Source: Rhodobacterales bacterium (lineage in GTDB: Bacteria; Pseudomonadota; Alphaproteobacteria; Rhodobacterales; Rhodobacteraceae). Taken from it: a stretch of 60,209 bases of DNA. Each line of letters begins with the position of its first letter. The first letter of the stretch is position 1. Both the position numbers and the translations under genes were made by a program. Where the stretch lies: positions 1 to 60,209 of the forward strand of contig JBBRUZ010000001.1 in the NCBI GenBank assembly GCA_038247355.1. Reading direction: 5' to 3'. Below are positions 21,824 through 31,032 of the stretch, one piece after another. The notes below the pieces were generated by a model. The model had not been told where the DNA came from. It did not search any database and saw only the letters and a list, made by a program, of their open reading frames with translations.

Positions 21824-22677
21824 GCGCGCCCGGTCTCGCCGCCCTGACGCCCGCCGACCTCGCGGCCGCCCGCGCCGCGCACCCCGGCGCATTCGGCGAT
21901 CCCCGCCGCCGGGCGATGGTCTGGGGTGGCTGGGGGCTGGCGCTCGCCTACCTGACGCTATCACTGTGGTGGTTCGACATCGGCAAGCTTTTCGCCGCAT
22001 CCGATCGGGTCTGGAGCCTGCTCGCCGCGTTTTTTGTATGGGAGGACATGGCGAATTGGCAGTACCGCCAGATTTACGTCGGCATCGCCCAGACCCTGGC
22101 GATGGCCTTCCTCGGCACGCTGCTCGCCTCGGTCGCCGCGTTGTTCATCGGCTTTCTCGGGGCGCGCAACACCATGCCGGTCAGCGTCATGCGCCATGCG
22201 GTTCGCCGTATCCTCGACGTGCTGCGCGGCGTCGATCAGCTGATCTGGGCGCTGGTGTTCGTGCGCGCCGTCGGCCTCGGGCCGCTCGCCGGCGTGCTCG
22301 CGATCTTCATCTCCGACACCGGCACCCTGGGCAAGCTTTACGCCGAAGCGATCGAGAACATCGACCGTCGCCAGGTCGAGGGCGTGCGCTCGACCGGCGC
22401 GAGCCCTATCAAGGTCGTGCGCTACGGCTATCTGCCGCAAGTGCTGCCGGTGTTCATCTCGCAGTCGCTGTATTTCTTCGAGAGCGCCGCGCGTTCCGCG
22501 ACCATCCTCGGCATCGTCGGGGCCGGCGGCATCGGAATGATCCTGATCGAGCGCTTCCGCGCCAATCTCTACGACCAGGTCGCGTTCGTCGTGCTCAATG
22601 TGCTCGTCTGCATCTATCTAATCGACTGGATGTCGCGCAAAATCCGCGAGCGCGTTATCGGCGAGGTCGGGCGCTGA
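21820..22677 (+). CDS. phnE: Phosphonate ABC transporter permease (second copy)
   Basis: Motifs GLGPLAGVLA, GTLGKLYAEAIE and FESAARSATILGIVGAGGIG. Confidence 0.93.
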   Translation: MSAPGLAALTPADLAAARAAHPGAFGDPRRRAMVWGGWGLALAYLTLSLWWFDIGKLFAASDRVWSLLAAFFVWEDMANWQYRQIYVGIAQTLAMAFLGTLLASVAALFIGFLGARNTMPVSVMRHAVRRILDVLRGVDQLIWALVFVRAVGLGPLAGVLAIFISDTGTLGKLYAEAIENIDRRQVEGVRSTGASPIKVVRYGYLPQVLPVFISQSLYFFESAARSATILGIVGAGGIGMILIERFRANLYDQVAFVVLNVLVCIYLIDWMSRKIRERVIGEVGR

Positions 22678-23026
22678 CGCTTGGGCTGCGCCGGGTTTTC
22701 TGCTATCGTTATCCTTCCGCGCGCCACCGGGGTCCGTCGTCGTGGCCAGCCGGTTCTTAAAGCCGGAGACCCACCACCGCGAGTTCATCGTCCGCCAAGC
22801 GGCGTACCGGCTCGAAAACAACCGGTTCAGCATCGCCGGCTTTCCCACCAGCCTCGCCGAACCAGAGCCGTCAGCATCTTCGATGCACATTAAGATTTTA
22901 CGAGGTTATTATAACAAATTCATTTGCTTATTTCTGACGTTAGCGTGATGCGCGTGGTGTCCGGCCCGCGCCGCGTTGCATCCGATCGCAGGCCCCGCCA
23001 AACTCGCATCGCAATGCGGAGCGGCT

Positions 23027-24058
23027 ATGCAGACGATCTACTCCCCCCGCCATGCTGGCCACAGCGGCAACCTGGAGCTGATGTCGGGGGAGATCCTGCC
23101 CGCCTTCGAGCTTCCCCGCCGCGCCGAGATCATCCGCGCCCGCGTCGAGGAAGTCGGCCTCGGCGAGATCCTGCCGCCTGCCGAGCAGACCCTCGACACC
23201 GCCCGGCGCGTCCACGCCCCCGACTACGTCGACTTTCTGCCCTGCGTCTGGCCGCTGTGGACCGCCGAAGGTCGCGCGGGGTCGGCGATGCCCTTCGTCT
23301 GGCCCACGTCCGGCCTGCGCGCCGACATCCCCCCCGCCCATATCGACGGCCTGCTTGGGTTCTACTCGATGGACGCCGGCGCGAGTTTCGTCGCCGGCAC
23401 CTGGGATGCGATCAAGTCGAGCCACGACGTCGCGCTGACTGCCGCTGACCTGATCGCCGCCGGCGCGCCCGCCGCCTTCGCGTTGTGCCGCCCGCCCGGC
23501 CACCATGCCGGCCGCCGCGCGATGGGCGGATACTGTTTTCTCAACAACGCCGCCGTCGCCGCGGAGCGCCTGCGCGAGGCGGGCGCTTCCCGCGTCGCGA
23601 TCCTCGACGTCGACTATCACCACGGCAACGGCACCCAGGAGATCTTCTTCGCCCGCGCCGACGTGCTGGTCGTCAACGTTCATGCCGATCCGATGGTCGA
23701 GTATCCCTATTTCCTCGGCCACGCCGACGAGCGCGGGATCGGCGCCGGCGAAGGCTTCAACCTCAACTTGCCGCTCCCTCATGGCGCGGATTTCTCGACA
23801 TGGATGGCGGCGCTCGAGATCGCCTGCGCGGCGATCGACGGCTTTGGTCCGGACGCGCTCGTGGTTTCGCTCGGCGTCGACACCTACCTCGGCGATCCGA
23901 TCAGCGCGTTCCGGCTCGACACGCCGGACTATCCGCGGATCGGCGCGCGGATCACCGCGCTCGCGCGACCGACGCTGTTCGTCATGGAAGGCGGCTACGC
24001 CGTCGAGGCCATTGGCGCGAACGCGGTCGGAGTGCTGACCGGCTTCGAAGCGGGCTGA
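23027..24058 (+). CDS. Histone deacetylase-family protein (acetylpolyamine amidohydrolase-like)
   Basis: Motifs RPPGHHA, GGYCFLNNAA, DVDYHHGNGTQ, YPYFLG and MEGGY. Confidence 0.92.
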   Translation: MQTIYSPRHAGHSGNLELMSGEILPAFELPRRAEIIRARVEEVGLGEILPPAEQTLDTARRVHAPDYVDFLPCVWPLWTAEGRAGSAMPFVWPTSGLRADIPPAHIDGLLGFYSMDAGASFVAGTWDAIKSSHDVALTAADLIAAGAPAAFALCRPPGHHAGRRAMGGYCFLNNAAVAAERLREAGASRVAILDVDYHHGNGTQEIFFARADVLVVNVHADPMVEYPYFLGHADERGIGAGEGFNLNLPLPHGADFSTWMAALEIACAAIDGFGPDALVVSLGVDTYLGDPISAFRLDTPDYPRIGARITALARPTLFVMEGGYAVEAIGANAVGVLTGFEAG

Positions 24059-24070
24059 CGCCCAGAGCGA

Positions 24071-24086
24071 TTAAGCATTTCTTAAC
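24071..24086 (+). promoter_or_regulatory. Full CtrA-type binding site
   Basis: TTAA-GCATTTC-TTAAC is an exact TTAA-N7-TTAAC match, about 60 bp upstream of the next gene. Confidence 0.65.
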
Positions 24087-24147
24087 CTTGCCGTTGCGTT
24101 GACGGCCGTTCCGCTTAACTTGGGTCAAGTTCGTTGCGGGGTAGTTC

Positions 24148-24648
24148 ATGTTGCGTTGCGGGCTCGTTCTAGTGCTGCTCTGGGTTGCCGGCGCGGCGGC
24201 GGCCTGCCCCAATCTCGGGAGCGCGGCGAAGCATCAGTTCTTCAGCACCCGCCAGTTGATCGACCCGAAGGTGACGCCGGTGCGAGCCGGAGGAACCGTG
24301 CTGCTGGAGTTCTGCGAGACGATCCCGGGCAATGGAAACATACCGTTCGATCCGAGCATCGGCATCTACTACACCGCCGATAAAAAGCGGATGGACCTCG
24401 AACTGCGCACCGCGGGCGACTGCGACACCGTCCTGTTGATCAGGTCGCCGTCGGGCCGATGGTTCTTCGACGACGACAACGGCGACGGGCGCAACGCCCG
24501 GCTGCGCATTGGCGGTCCGCGGGAGGGCCGCTACGAGATCTGGGTGGGCAGCAACGGCGGCGTCGCCTGCCCGTCGCTGCTGGTGCTGCAATCCTTCCGC
24601 AGCGTCACGCGCCTCGCCGAGAATGATGCGCGTCGCGGGCGCATCTAG
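24148..24648 (+). CDS. Secreted hypothetical protein with a PPC-like (pre-peptidase C-terminal) domain
   Basis: Signal peptide (...AAAA|CP), CDTVLLIRSPSGRWFFDDDNG and GRYEIWVG, with paired Cys residues. Confidence 0.7.
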   Translation: MLRCGLVLVLLWVAGAAAACPNLGSAAKHQFFSTRQLIDPKVTPVRAGGTVLLEFCETIPGNGNIPFDPSIGIYYTADKKRMDLELRTAGDCDTVLLIRSPSGRWFFDDDNGDGRNARLRIGGPREGRYEIWVGSNGGVACPSLLVLQSFRSVTRLAENDARRGRI

Positions 24649-24733
24649 TGGCGGGTAGAAAGCGCTACCCAAGGGGTTGACCGGTCCCTATACTCCTCAC
24701 GCGTTTGCGAGGATCAGGGATCGGGAAACCGGA

Positions 24734-25213
24734 ATGCGCTGTCCGTTCTGCGGAAACATCGACACCCAGGTCAAGGACAGCCGCCCGGCCGAGGACCATG
24801 TCTCGATCCGCCGCCGGCGCTTCTGCCCGGCCTGCGGCGGCCGCTTCACCACCTATGAGCGGGTGCAGCTGCGTGATCTTGTGGTCGTGAAAAAGAGCGG
24901 GAAGCGCGAGGCGTTCGACCGCGACAAACTGGAGCGTTCGATCCGGATCGCCATGCAAAAACGTCCGATCGAACCCGAGCGTGTCGATCAGATGGTGTCG
25001 GGGATCGTGCGCCGCCTCGAATCGATGGGTGAAACCGACGTGCCGTCCGACGCGATCGGCCAGATCGTCATGGAATCGCTCGCACGGATCGACACCGTCG
25101 CCTATGTGCGCTTCGCGAGCGTCTACAAGAATTTTCAGGCGGCGGACGACTTCGAGGAGTTCGTCGCCGAACTGCGCCCAGGGTCCGCCGGCGGCGATGA
25201 CGAGCGGCAGTGA
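24734..25213 (+). CDS. nrdR: Transcriptional repressor NrdR
   Basis: MRCPFC...VKDSR...[20 protein letters not shown]-cone and [10 protein letters not shown]. Confidence 0.97.
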   Translation: MRCPFCGNIDTQVKDSRPAEDHVSIRRRRFCPACGGRFTTYERVQLRDLVVVKKSGKREAFDRDKLERSIRIAMQKRPIEPERVDQMVSGIVRRLESMGETDVPSDAIGQIVMESLARIDTVAYVRFASVYKNFQAADDFEEFVAELRPGSAGGDDERQ

Positions 25214-25220
25214 CGCACCG

Positions 25221-26327
25221 ATGACCAGCGACACGGACGACGCCGGATGGATGCGCGTGGCGCTGGGCCTCGCGCAGCGCAGTCTTGGCCGCGCCTGGCC
25301 CAATCCGGCCGTGGGCTGCGTGCTGGTGGCGGCGGGCCGTGTCGTCGGCCGCGGATGGACCCGGAACGGCGGCCGGCCCCATGCCGAGACGGTCGCGCTG
25401 GCCATGGCCGGCCCGCTGGCCCGCGGGGCCACGGCCTACGTGACGCTCGAACCCTGCGCCCACACCGGGCTGACCCCGCCCTGCGCCGACGCGCTGATCG
25501 CGGCCGGCGTCGCCCGCGTCGTCGCCCCGATCGTCGATCCTGATCCCCGCGTCAACGGCAAAAGCCTCGCGGTGCTGCAGGCGGCCGGGATCGAGGTCGC
25601 CACGGGCTGCCTCGCGGCCGAGGCCGCCGCGCTCAACACCGGCTTTCTGTCGCGGATCGCCCGCGGCCGCCCGAGCCTGACGCTCAAGCTGGCGACCTCG
25701 CTCGACGGGCGCATCGCCACGGGCGCGGGCGAGAGCCGCTGGATCACCGGCCCCGCCGCGCGGCGCGACGTCCACCGGATGCGCGCGCAGACCGATGCGG
25801 TGCTGGTCGGCGCCGGCACCGCGCGCAGCGACGATCCCCACCTCGACGTGCGCGACATCGCCGGGATCGACGCGCACCCGGTCCGGATCGTCGTGTCCGG
25901 CGCGCTGGCCCTGCCCCGCAGTGGCCACCTCGGCCAGACCGCCGCCCGGATCCCGCTGTGGCTCTGCCACCACCACGAGGCCGAGGCCGGACGGCGCAAG
26001 GCATGGACCGACCAGGGCGCCACGCTGATCGAGATCCCGTTTCAGGCCGACGGGCAGCTCGACCTTTCGGTGATGTTCCAGCGGCTCGGCGAACGCGGCC
26101 TCACCCGCGTGCTCTGCGAAGGCGGCGGCCGTTTGTCGGGCGCGCTGCTCGGGGCCGATCTGGTCGACGAGGTCGTCACCTACACCGCCGGTCTCGTGCT
26201 CGGCGAAGAGGCCGTCGCCTCGGTCGGCGCGATGAACGTGACCGCGCTCGCGCTCGTCCCGCGCTTCCGCCTGACCGACCAGCGCCGGATCGGCGACGAC
26301 GTTCGCACCCGCTGGAGCCGCCGCTGA
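25221..26327 (+). CDS. ribD: Riboflavin biosynthesis deaminase/reductase RibD
   Basis: Motifs PNPAVGC, HAE, TLEPC...PPCAD, KLATSLDG and EGGG. Confidence 0.96.
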   Translation: MTSDTDDAGWMRVALGLAQRSLGRAWPNPAVGCVLVAAGRVVGRGWTRNGGRPHAETVALAMAGPLARGATAYVTLEPCAHTGLTPPCADALIAAGVARVVAPIVDPDPRVNGKSLAVLQAAGIEVATGCLAAEAAALNTGFLSRIARGRPSLTLKLATSLDGRIATGAGESRWITGPAARRDVHRMRAQTDAVLVGAGTARSDDPHLDVRDIAGIDAHPVRIVVSGALALPRSGHLGQTAARIPLWLCHHHEAEAGRRKAWTDQGATLIEIPFQADGQLDLSVMFQRLGERGLTRVLCEGGGRLSGALLGADLVDEVVTYTAGLVLGEEAVASVGAMNVTALALVPRFRLTDQRRIGDDVRTRWSRR

Positions 26328-26381
26328 CCAGCGGGCGCCCATGACGCCCTCCATGACCCCGCCCCGCCCCCGATCCGACCG

Positions 26382-27335
26382 ATGACCGCCGCTCCGCCCG
26401 AGACCGGGTCGGCACCCGATCTGCAGGCAGTCCTCGACGCCGTCCACGCCGAACTCGCCCCTCGCGCCGGCGAGGGCCGGGTCGCCGACTACATCCCCCA
26501 ACTCGCCAGTGTCGATCCCAAACGCTTCGGCATCGCGGCGGTCACCGTGAACGGCGCCGCCTGCGCCGCCGGCGACGCCGACACCCCGTTCTCGATCCAG
26601 AGCATCTCGAAGGTGTTCCTGTTGACGATGGCGCTCGGCAAGCACGGCGAAGGGCTGTGGCGGCACGTCGGGCGCGAACCCTCCGGCTCGGCCTTCAACT
26701 CGATCGTCCAGCTCGAACTTGAGCAGGGTCGCCCGCGCAACCCGTTCATCAACCCCGGCGCGCTTGTCGTCACCGACCTTATGATGGCCGGGCACACTCC
26801 GCGCGAGGCGATCGGCGAGGTCACCTGCCTGATGCGCTTTCTCGCCGACGACGAGACCATCGTCATCGACAAGGACGTGGCGCGCTCGGAGACCGCCACC
26901 GGCGACCGCAACGCGGCGCTCGCCCATTTCATGCGCGCGTTCGGCCGCCTGCGCCACCCGGTCGATCACGTGCTCGGCGTCTATTTCCACCACTGCGCGC
27001 TGGCGATGACCTGCCGCCAGCTCGCCCGCGCCGGCCTGTTCCTCGCGGCTGGCGGGCGCGACCCCGCCACCGGGCATTCCGTCGTTTCCGCTACCCGGGC
27101 GCGGCGGATCAAAGCGCTGATGCTGACCTGCGGCCAGTACGACGGTTCAGGCGACTTCGCCTACCGGGTAGTCCTGCCTGCCAAGAGCGGCGTCGGCGGC
27201 GGAATCCTCGCCGTGGCGCCCGGCCGGGCGGCGGTGGCGGTCTGGTCGCCGGGGCTGAACGCCAACGGCAATTCGCTGCTCGGCGCGCTGGCGCTGGAGC
27301 GCATCGCGCAGCGCACCGGTTGGTCGGTGTTCTGA
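26382..27335 (+). CDS. glsA: Glutaminase
   Basis: Motifs [29 protein letters not shown] and KSGVGGG. Confidence 0.93.
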   Translation: MTAAPPETGSAPDLQAVLDAVHAELAPRAGEGRVADYIPQLASVDPKRFGIAAVTVNGAACAAGDADTPFSIQSISKVFLLTMALGKHGEGLWRHVGREPSGSAFNSIVQLELEQGRPRNPFINPGALVVTDLMMAGHTPREAIGEVTCLMRFLADDETIVIDKDVARSETATGDRNAALAHFMRAFGRLRHPVDHVLGVYFHHCALAMTCRQLARAGLFLAAGGRDPATGHSVVSATRARRIKALMLTCGQYDGSGDFAYRVVLPAKSGVGGGILAVAPGRAAVAVWSPGLNANGNSLLGALALERIAQRTGWSVF

Positions 27336-27352
27336 GCCCGCCGCGGCGCGGC

Positions 27353-27583
27353 TCAGGCCGCCTTGCCGAATGCCGCGTCCGCGGTCCGCGCCGCCGTCAG
27401 GACCCGCGCCCACCACGCGAAATCGTCGAGCATCGCGTTGCCGCTGTCGGCGAGAAAGCCGACGTCACCGAGTCTCGCGCCCTCCCGCAGCACCTTGAGA
27501 TAGACGTCGAAGGGCGGATGCACCGCCGTCCGCGCCAGCGCCGCCTGCAACTCGACAGCGATGGTGCGCAGATGCTCGATCGC
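27353..27583 (-). pseudogene. C-terminal fragment of an NADPH-dependent FMN reductase
   Basis: AIEHLRTIAVELQ...MLDDFAWWARVLTAAR matches the family C-terminus. The N-terminal half is absent. Confidence 0.7.
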
Positions 27584-27810
27584 CGCCAGATCGGCGGCAT
27601 GTCGCAGAAAATGCTCACGACCACCCTGCGCGGACTCAAGCGCGACCGTTTCGTCACCCGAACCGTGACGCCCGCGCATCCGCCGCGGGTGGACTACGCA
27701 CTTACCGATCTTGGCTGCGATCTGGTCGCGCCGATCCGCGCGATGGACGGCTTCGCCCGTGCGGACCGCGCTCATCGAGACCGCCCGCCACCTTTGACGC
27801 GCGCGTCTGA
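27581..27810 (+). pseudogene. Fragment of an HxlR-family winged-helix regulator
   Basis: RRQIGGMSQKMLTTTLRGLKRDRFVTRTV...PPRVDYALTDLG. The N-terminus is missing and the tail is frameshifted. Confidence 0.75.
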
Positions 27811-27825
27811 GCTCCCGTCGCGCGC

Positions 27826-28959
27826 TCAGAACTGCGTTTCGAGCGACGCGACCGAGCCGCCGAAACCCACCGTACTGCCCGCGATCGAGAGCACGCGCGA
27901 CCAGGCGGCGAGCGGCGCTTCGGTGACGTAGATCGTGTCCTCGTCGCGCACGATGAACTCACGTGCCGAGAACAGACCGGTCGGCTGGGTCAGATCGACG
28001 ACGTAAGCGATACGCTGCGGCCCGGCGAGCTCTGGGCGGCCCGTCACGCGCCGCGCGATGTCCTGGCTCTCGGTGCGGAAAACGAATATCCCCGTCGGAT
28101 CGGCCGAGCGGCCGTCGAGCCCGCCCGCCTCGGCCAGCGCCTCGACCACGGACAGATCGCGCTTGGTGAACTGGACCCGCCTCTGACCAGTTGCGCCCAG
28201 CGCAGTGAACGAGCGCCGGTCCTGTTCGACGATGATCCGGTCGCCCGCCCGCAGCGCCACGTCGTTGCGCGGATTGTCGTAGAGGTCCTGCAACCAGATC
28301 CGCCCGGTGCGGCCGCCGCGCTCCACCTTCACCTGCGCGACCTCCGGGACGATGGTCACGCCGCCCGCCTGCGCGAGCATTCCCGAGAGTCGCCGCGTCG
28401 GCGCCTCGATTGGATAGACGCCCTGCGCGTCGACCCCGCCCATCACGCTGACCGTCGAGCCGACGCCGGCGAGCCGTCGCACCTCGACCTGCGGATCGGG
28501 TGTCTGGCTTTCGAGCGCCGCGGTGATGTCGCGGCGCAGCGCGTCAGGCGAGCGGCCGGCAGCCGGGATCAGGCCGACGTAGGGCACGAAGATCCGGCCC
28601 TGCTCGTCGACCTGGATCTCGTCGAGCGACGTGACCTTTTGCCCGACCCCGGCGAGAAGGCCGGTATCGACGTTCTCCCAGACCGTCACCGTAACCCGGT
28701 CGCCGGCGATGATCCCGTCCGCCGTCACCTGACCCGCACCGAGAAACTCCGCGCCGAAACCCAGCGGATCGTCGAACCGCGCCACCCGGGCGATGGCGGG
28801 ATTGACGGTGACGATCTGCACGCCGTCCAAGGCGAGGTCGCTGCCCGCCCGGATTTCTCCCGCCGTCGGCCCCGAGCGCGGAAGCGTGCATCCGGCGATC
28901 GCGAGCCCAAGCGCGACGAGCGCCGCGCGCACCACGACCGGTCTCCATTCACCCTGCAT
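27826..28959 (-). CDS. Polysaccharide export outer-membrane lipoprotein (Wza/KpsD-like)
   Basis: Lipobox LAIAGC, PRSGP, GDRVTVTVWE, G-I-VPYVG and SLBB repeats (EALAEAGGL). Confidence 0.9.
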   Translation of the reverse strand: MQGEWRPVVVRAALVALGLAIAGCTLPRSGPTAGEIRAGSDLALDGVQIVTVNPAIARVARFDDPLGFGAEFLGAGQVTADGIIAGDRVTVTVWENVDTGLLAGVGQKVTSLDEIQVDEQGRIFVPYVGLIPAAGRSPDALRRDITAALESQTPDPQVEVRRLAGVGSTVSVMGGVDAQGVYPIEAPTRRLSGMLAQAGGVTIVPEVAQVKVERGGRTGRIWLQDLYDNPRNDVALRAGDRIIVEQDRRSFTALGATGQRRVQFTKRDLSVVEALAEAGGLDGRSADPTGIFVFRTESQDIARRVTGRPELAGPQRIAYVVDLTQPTGLFSAREFIVRDEDTIYVTEAPLAAWSRVLSIAGSTVGFGGSVASLETQF

Positions 28960-29297
28960 CGATCGCCTCGTGATCCACTGTTCGCCAGCTTTTCATTGGA
29001 AACTATCGGCATTTGGCGCCGCAGGCCAGAACGAATGACGGCGCCGACGCGCCGGCGCGGCATCCTGCGTCCACACCGTTGCGCGTGAGACCGGATTTCC
29101 GTGCGAAGCTCGGCCGTTACGCGTCAGGCTCATGCGCATTTCTCCACCTCGCCCGCCGCTGCGCGTTCAGCGTCGGCGCAGCTTGCGACGCTTGCGCGCG
29201 ATTGCCGGGGCGCGCGCCGATCGAGGCTTGCCGATTGGCACGGCGCAAGCTAGGACGCGGCGCAGAGGGTTGGGCGCAGAGGGTTGGAGGAACCGGA

Positions 29298-29915
29298 ATG
29301 TTCACCGGAATCGTCACCGACATCGGTTCGATCGAGCGGCTCGAGGATCGCGGCGATCTGCGCGCACGGATACGTTGCGCCTATCCCGCAGAGACGATCG
29401 CAATTGGCGCCTCGATCGCCTGCGACGGCGTTTGCCTGACGGTTGTGGACCGCGGCCGCGCGCCCGAGGGCGCCTGGTTCGAGGTCGACGTATCCGCCGA
29501 GACCGTCGCGCGGACCAACATCCGCGCCGGCCGCGCCGCCTGGACGCGAGGGACGCGGATCAATCTGGAGCGCGCGCTGCGGGTCGGGGACGAGCTCGGC
29601 GGCCATATCGTCGCCGGCCATGTCGACGGGCTGGCGGAGGTGGTCGCCGTCCGACCCGAGGGTGACAGCACCCGCGTCACCTTTCGCGCGCCAGCGGCGC
29701 TGGCCCGGTTCGTCGCGACCAAGGGCTCGATCGCGCTCAACGGCGCGTCGCTGACGGTAAACGAGGTGGACGGCGCCGAGTTCGGCGTCAACTTTATCCC
29801 CCACACGATGTCGCACACGACCTGGGGCGACGTCGCCGTCGGCGATCTCGCCAATCTGGAGATCGATACCATCGCACGCTATGTCGCGCGGCTCGGTGAA
29901 TGCGATGCCGCTTGA
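29298..29915 (+). CDS. ribE: Riboflavin synthase
   Basis: Motifs MFTGI, GASIACDGVCLTV, NLERAL, GGHIVAGHVDG and KGSIALNGASLTVN. Confidence 0.96.
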   Translation: MFTGIVTDIGSIERLEDRGDLRARIRCAYPAETIAIGASIACDGVCLTVVDRGRAPEGAWFEVDVSAETVARTNIRAGRAAWTRGTRINLERALRVGDELGGHIVAGHVDGLAEVVAVRPEGDSTRVTFRAPAALARFVATKGSIALNGASLTVNEVDGAEFGVNFIPHTMSHTTWGDVAVGDLANLEIDTIARYVARLGECDAA

Positions 29916-31029
29916 AGGACCGCGCATGTCGGACGACTATTATCGCGACGCGATTTCCTCGATCGATGAGATCATCGAGGACGCCCGCAACGGACGGATG
30001 TTCATCCTCGTCGATCACGAGGATCGCGAAAACGAGGGTGATCTCGTCATCCCGGCCCAGATGTGCACGCCGAACGCGATCAACTTCATGGCCACCCACG
30101 GTCGCGGGCTGATCTGCCTGACGCTGCCGGGCGAGCGGCTCGACGCGCTGGGCCTGCCGCTGATGGCCGCGTCCAACTCGTCGCGCCATGAAACCGCCTT
30201 CACCGTGTCGATCGAGGCGCGCGAGGGCGTGACCACCGGTATTTCGGCGCACGACCGCGCCCGCACCGTCGCCGTCGCCATCGACCCGCGAACCGGCCCG
30301 CAGGACATAGCGACCCCCGGCCACATTTTCCCGCTCCGCGCAAGGGACGGCGGCGTGCTGGTGCGCGCCGGCCACACCGAGGCGGCAACCGACATCGCGC
30401 GGCTGGCCGGTCTCAACGCCTCGGGCGTGATCTGCGAGATCATGAACGAGGATGGCGCGATGGCGCGCCTGCCCGATCTGGTCGCCTTCGCCCAGCGCCA
30501 CGGGCTCAAGATCGGCACGATCTCCGATCTGATCGCTTACCGCCGACGGCACGACAACCTGGTGCGCGAGACCGCGACGCGCAGCGTCACCTCCGAGTAC
30601 GGCGGGCCCTGGCAGATGCGCGTCTTCGCCGACATCGCCGGCGGCGGCGAGCATATCGCGCTGTCAAAGGGCGATCTGACGACGCCGGCGCCGGTGCTCG
30701 TGCGGATGCACGCGGTAAATCCGGTCGAGGATTTGCTGGCGATCCATTCAGGACGCGCGCATCAGCTGCGCGACGCGATGCTCGCCATCGCCGCCGAGGG
30801 CCGCGGAGTCGTTGTCCTGCTGCGCGACATGTCGATGAAGCTCGACACCGGCGATCACGTCTCGCCCCATCGCTTGCGCCAGTATGGCATCGGCGCCCAG
30901 ATCCTGAACGCCCTCGGGCTCCACGAGTTGATCCTGCTGACCAACTCGCCGATCCCCAAGGTGATCGGCCTCGAAGGCTACGGCCTCTCGATCGCGGGAA
31001 CCCGCCCGATCCCGCATCCGGCGCGCTGA
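29905..31029 (+). CDS. ribB: 3,4-dihydroxy-2-butanone 4-phosphate synthase fused to a degenerate GTP cyclohydrolase II domain (RibBX type)
   Basis: Motifs DHEDRENEGD, TAFTVSI, TTGISA and RAGHTEA. The C-domain VRMH...RQYGIGAQIL lacks the Zn-binding Cys residues. Start at 29905 or 29926. Confidence 0.93.
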   Translation: MPLEGPRMSDDYYRDAISSIDEIIEDARNGRMFILVDHEDRENEGDLVIPAQMCTPNAINFMATHGRGLICLTLPGERLDALGLPLMAASNSSRHETAFTVSIEAREGVTTGISAHDRARTVAVAIDPRTGPQDIATPGHIFPLRARDGGVLVRAGHTEAATDIARLAGLNASGVICEIMNEDGAMARLPDLVAFAQRHGLKIGTISDLIAYRRRHDNLVRETATRSVTSEYGGPWQMRVFADIAGGGEHIALSKGDLTTPAPVLVRMHAVNPVEDLLAIHSGRAHQLRDAMLAIAAEGRGVVVLLRDMSMKLDTGDHVSPHRLRQYGIGAQILNALGLHELILLTNSPIPKVIGLEGYGLSIAGTRPIPHPAR

Positions 31030-31032
31030 GCG

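Noticed and set aside
29000-29297. FMN riboswitch upstream of ribE
   Set aside because: The conserved RFN motifs were not found by eye.
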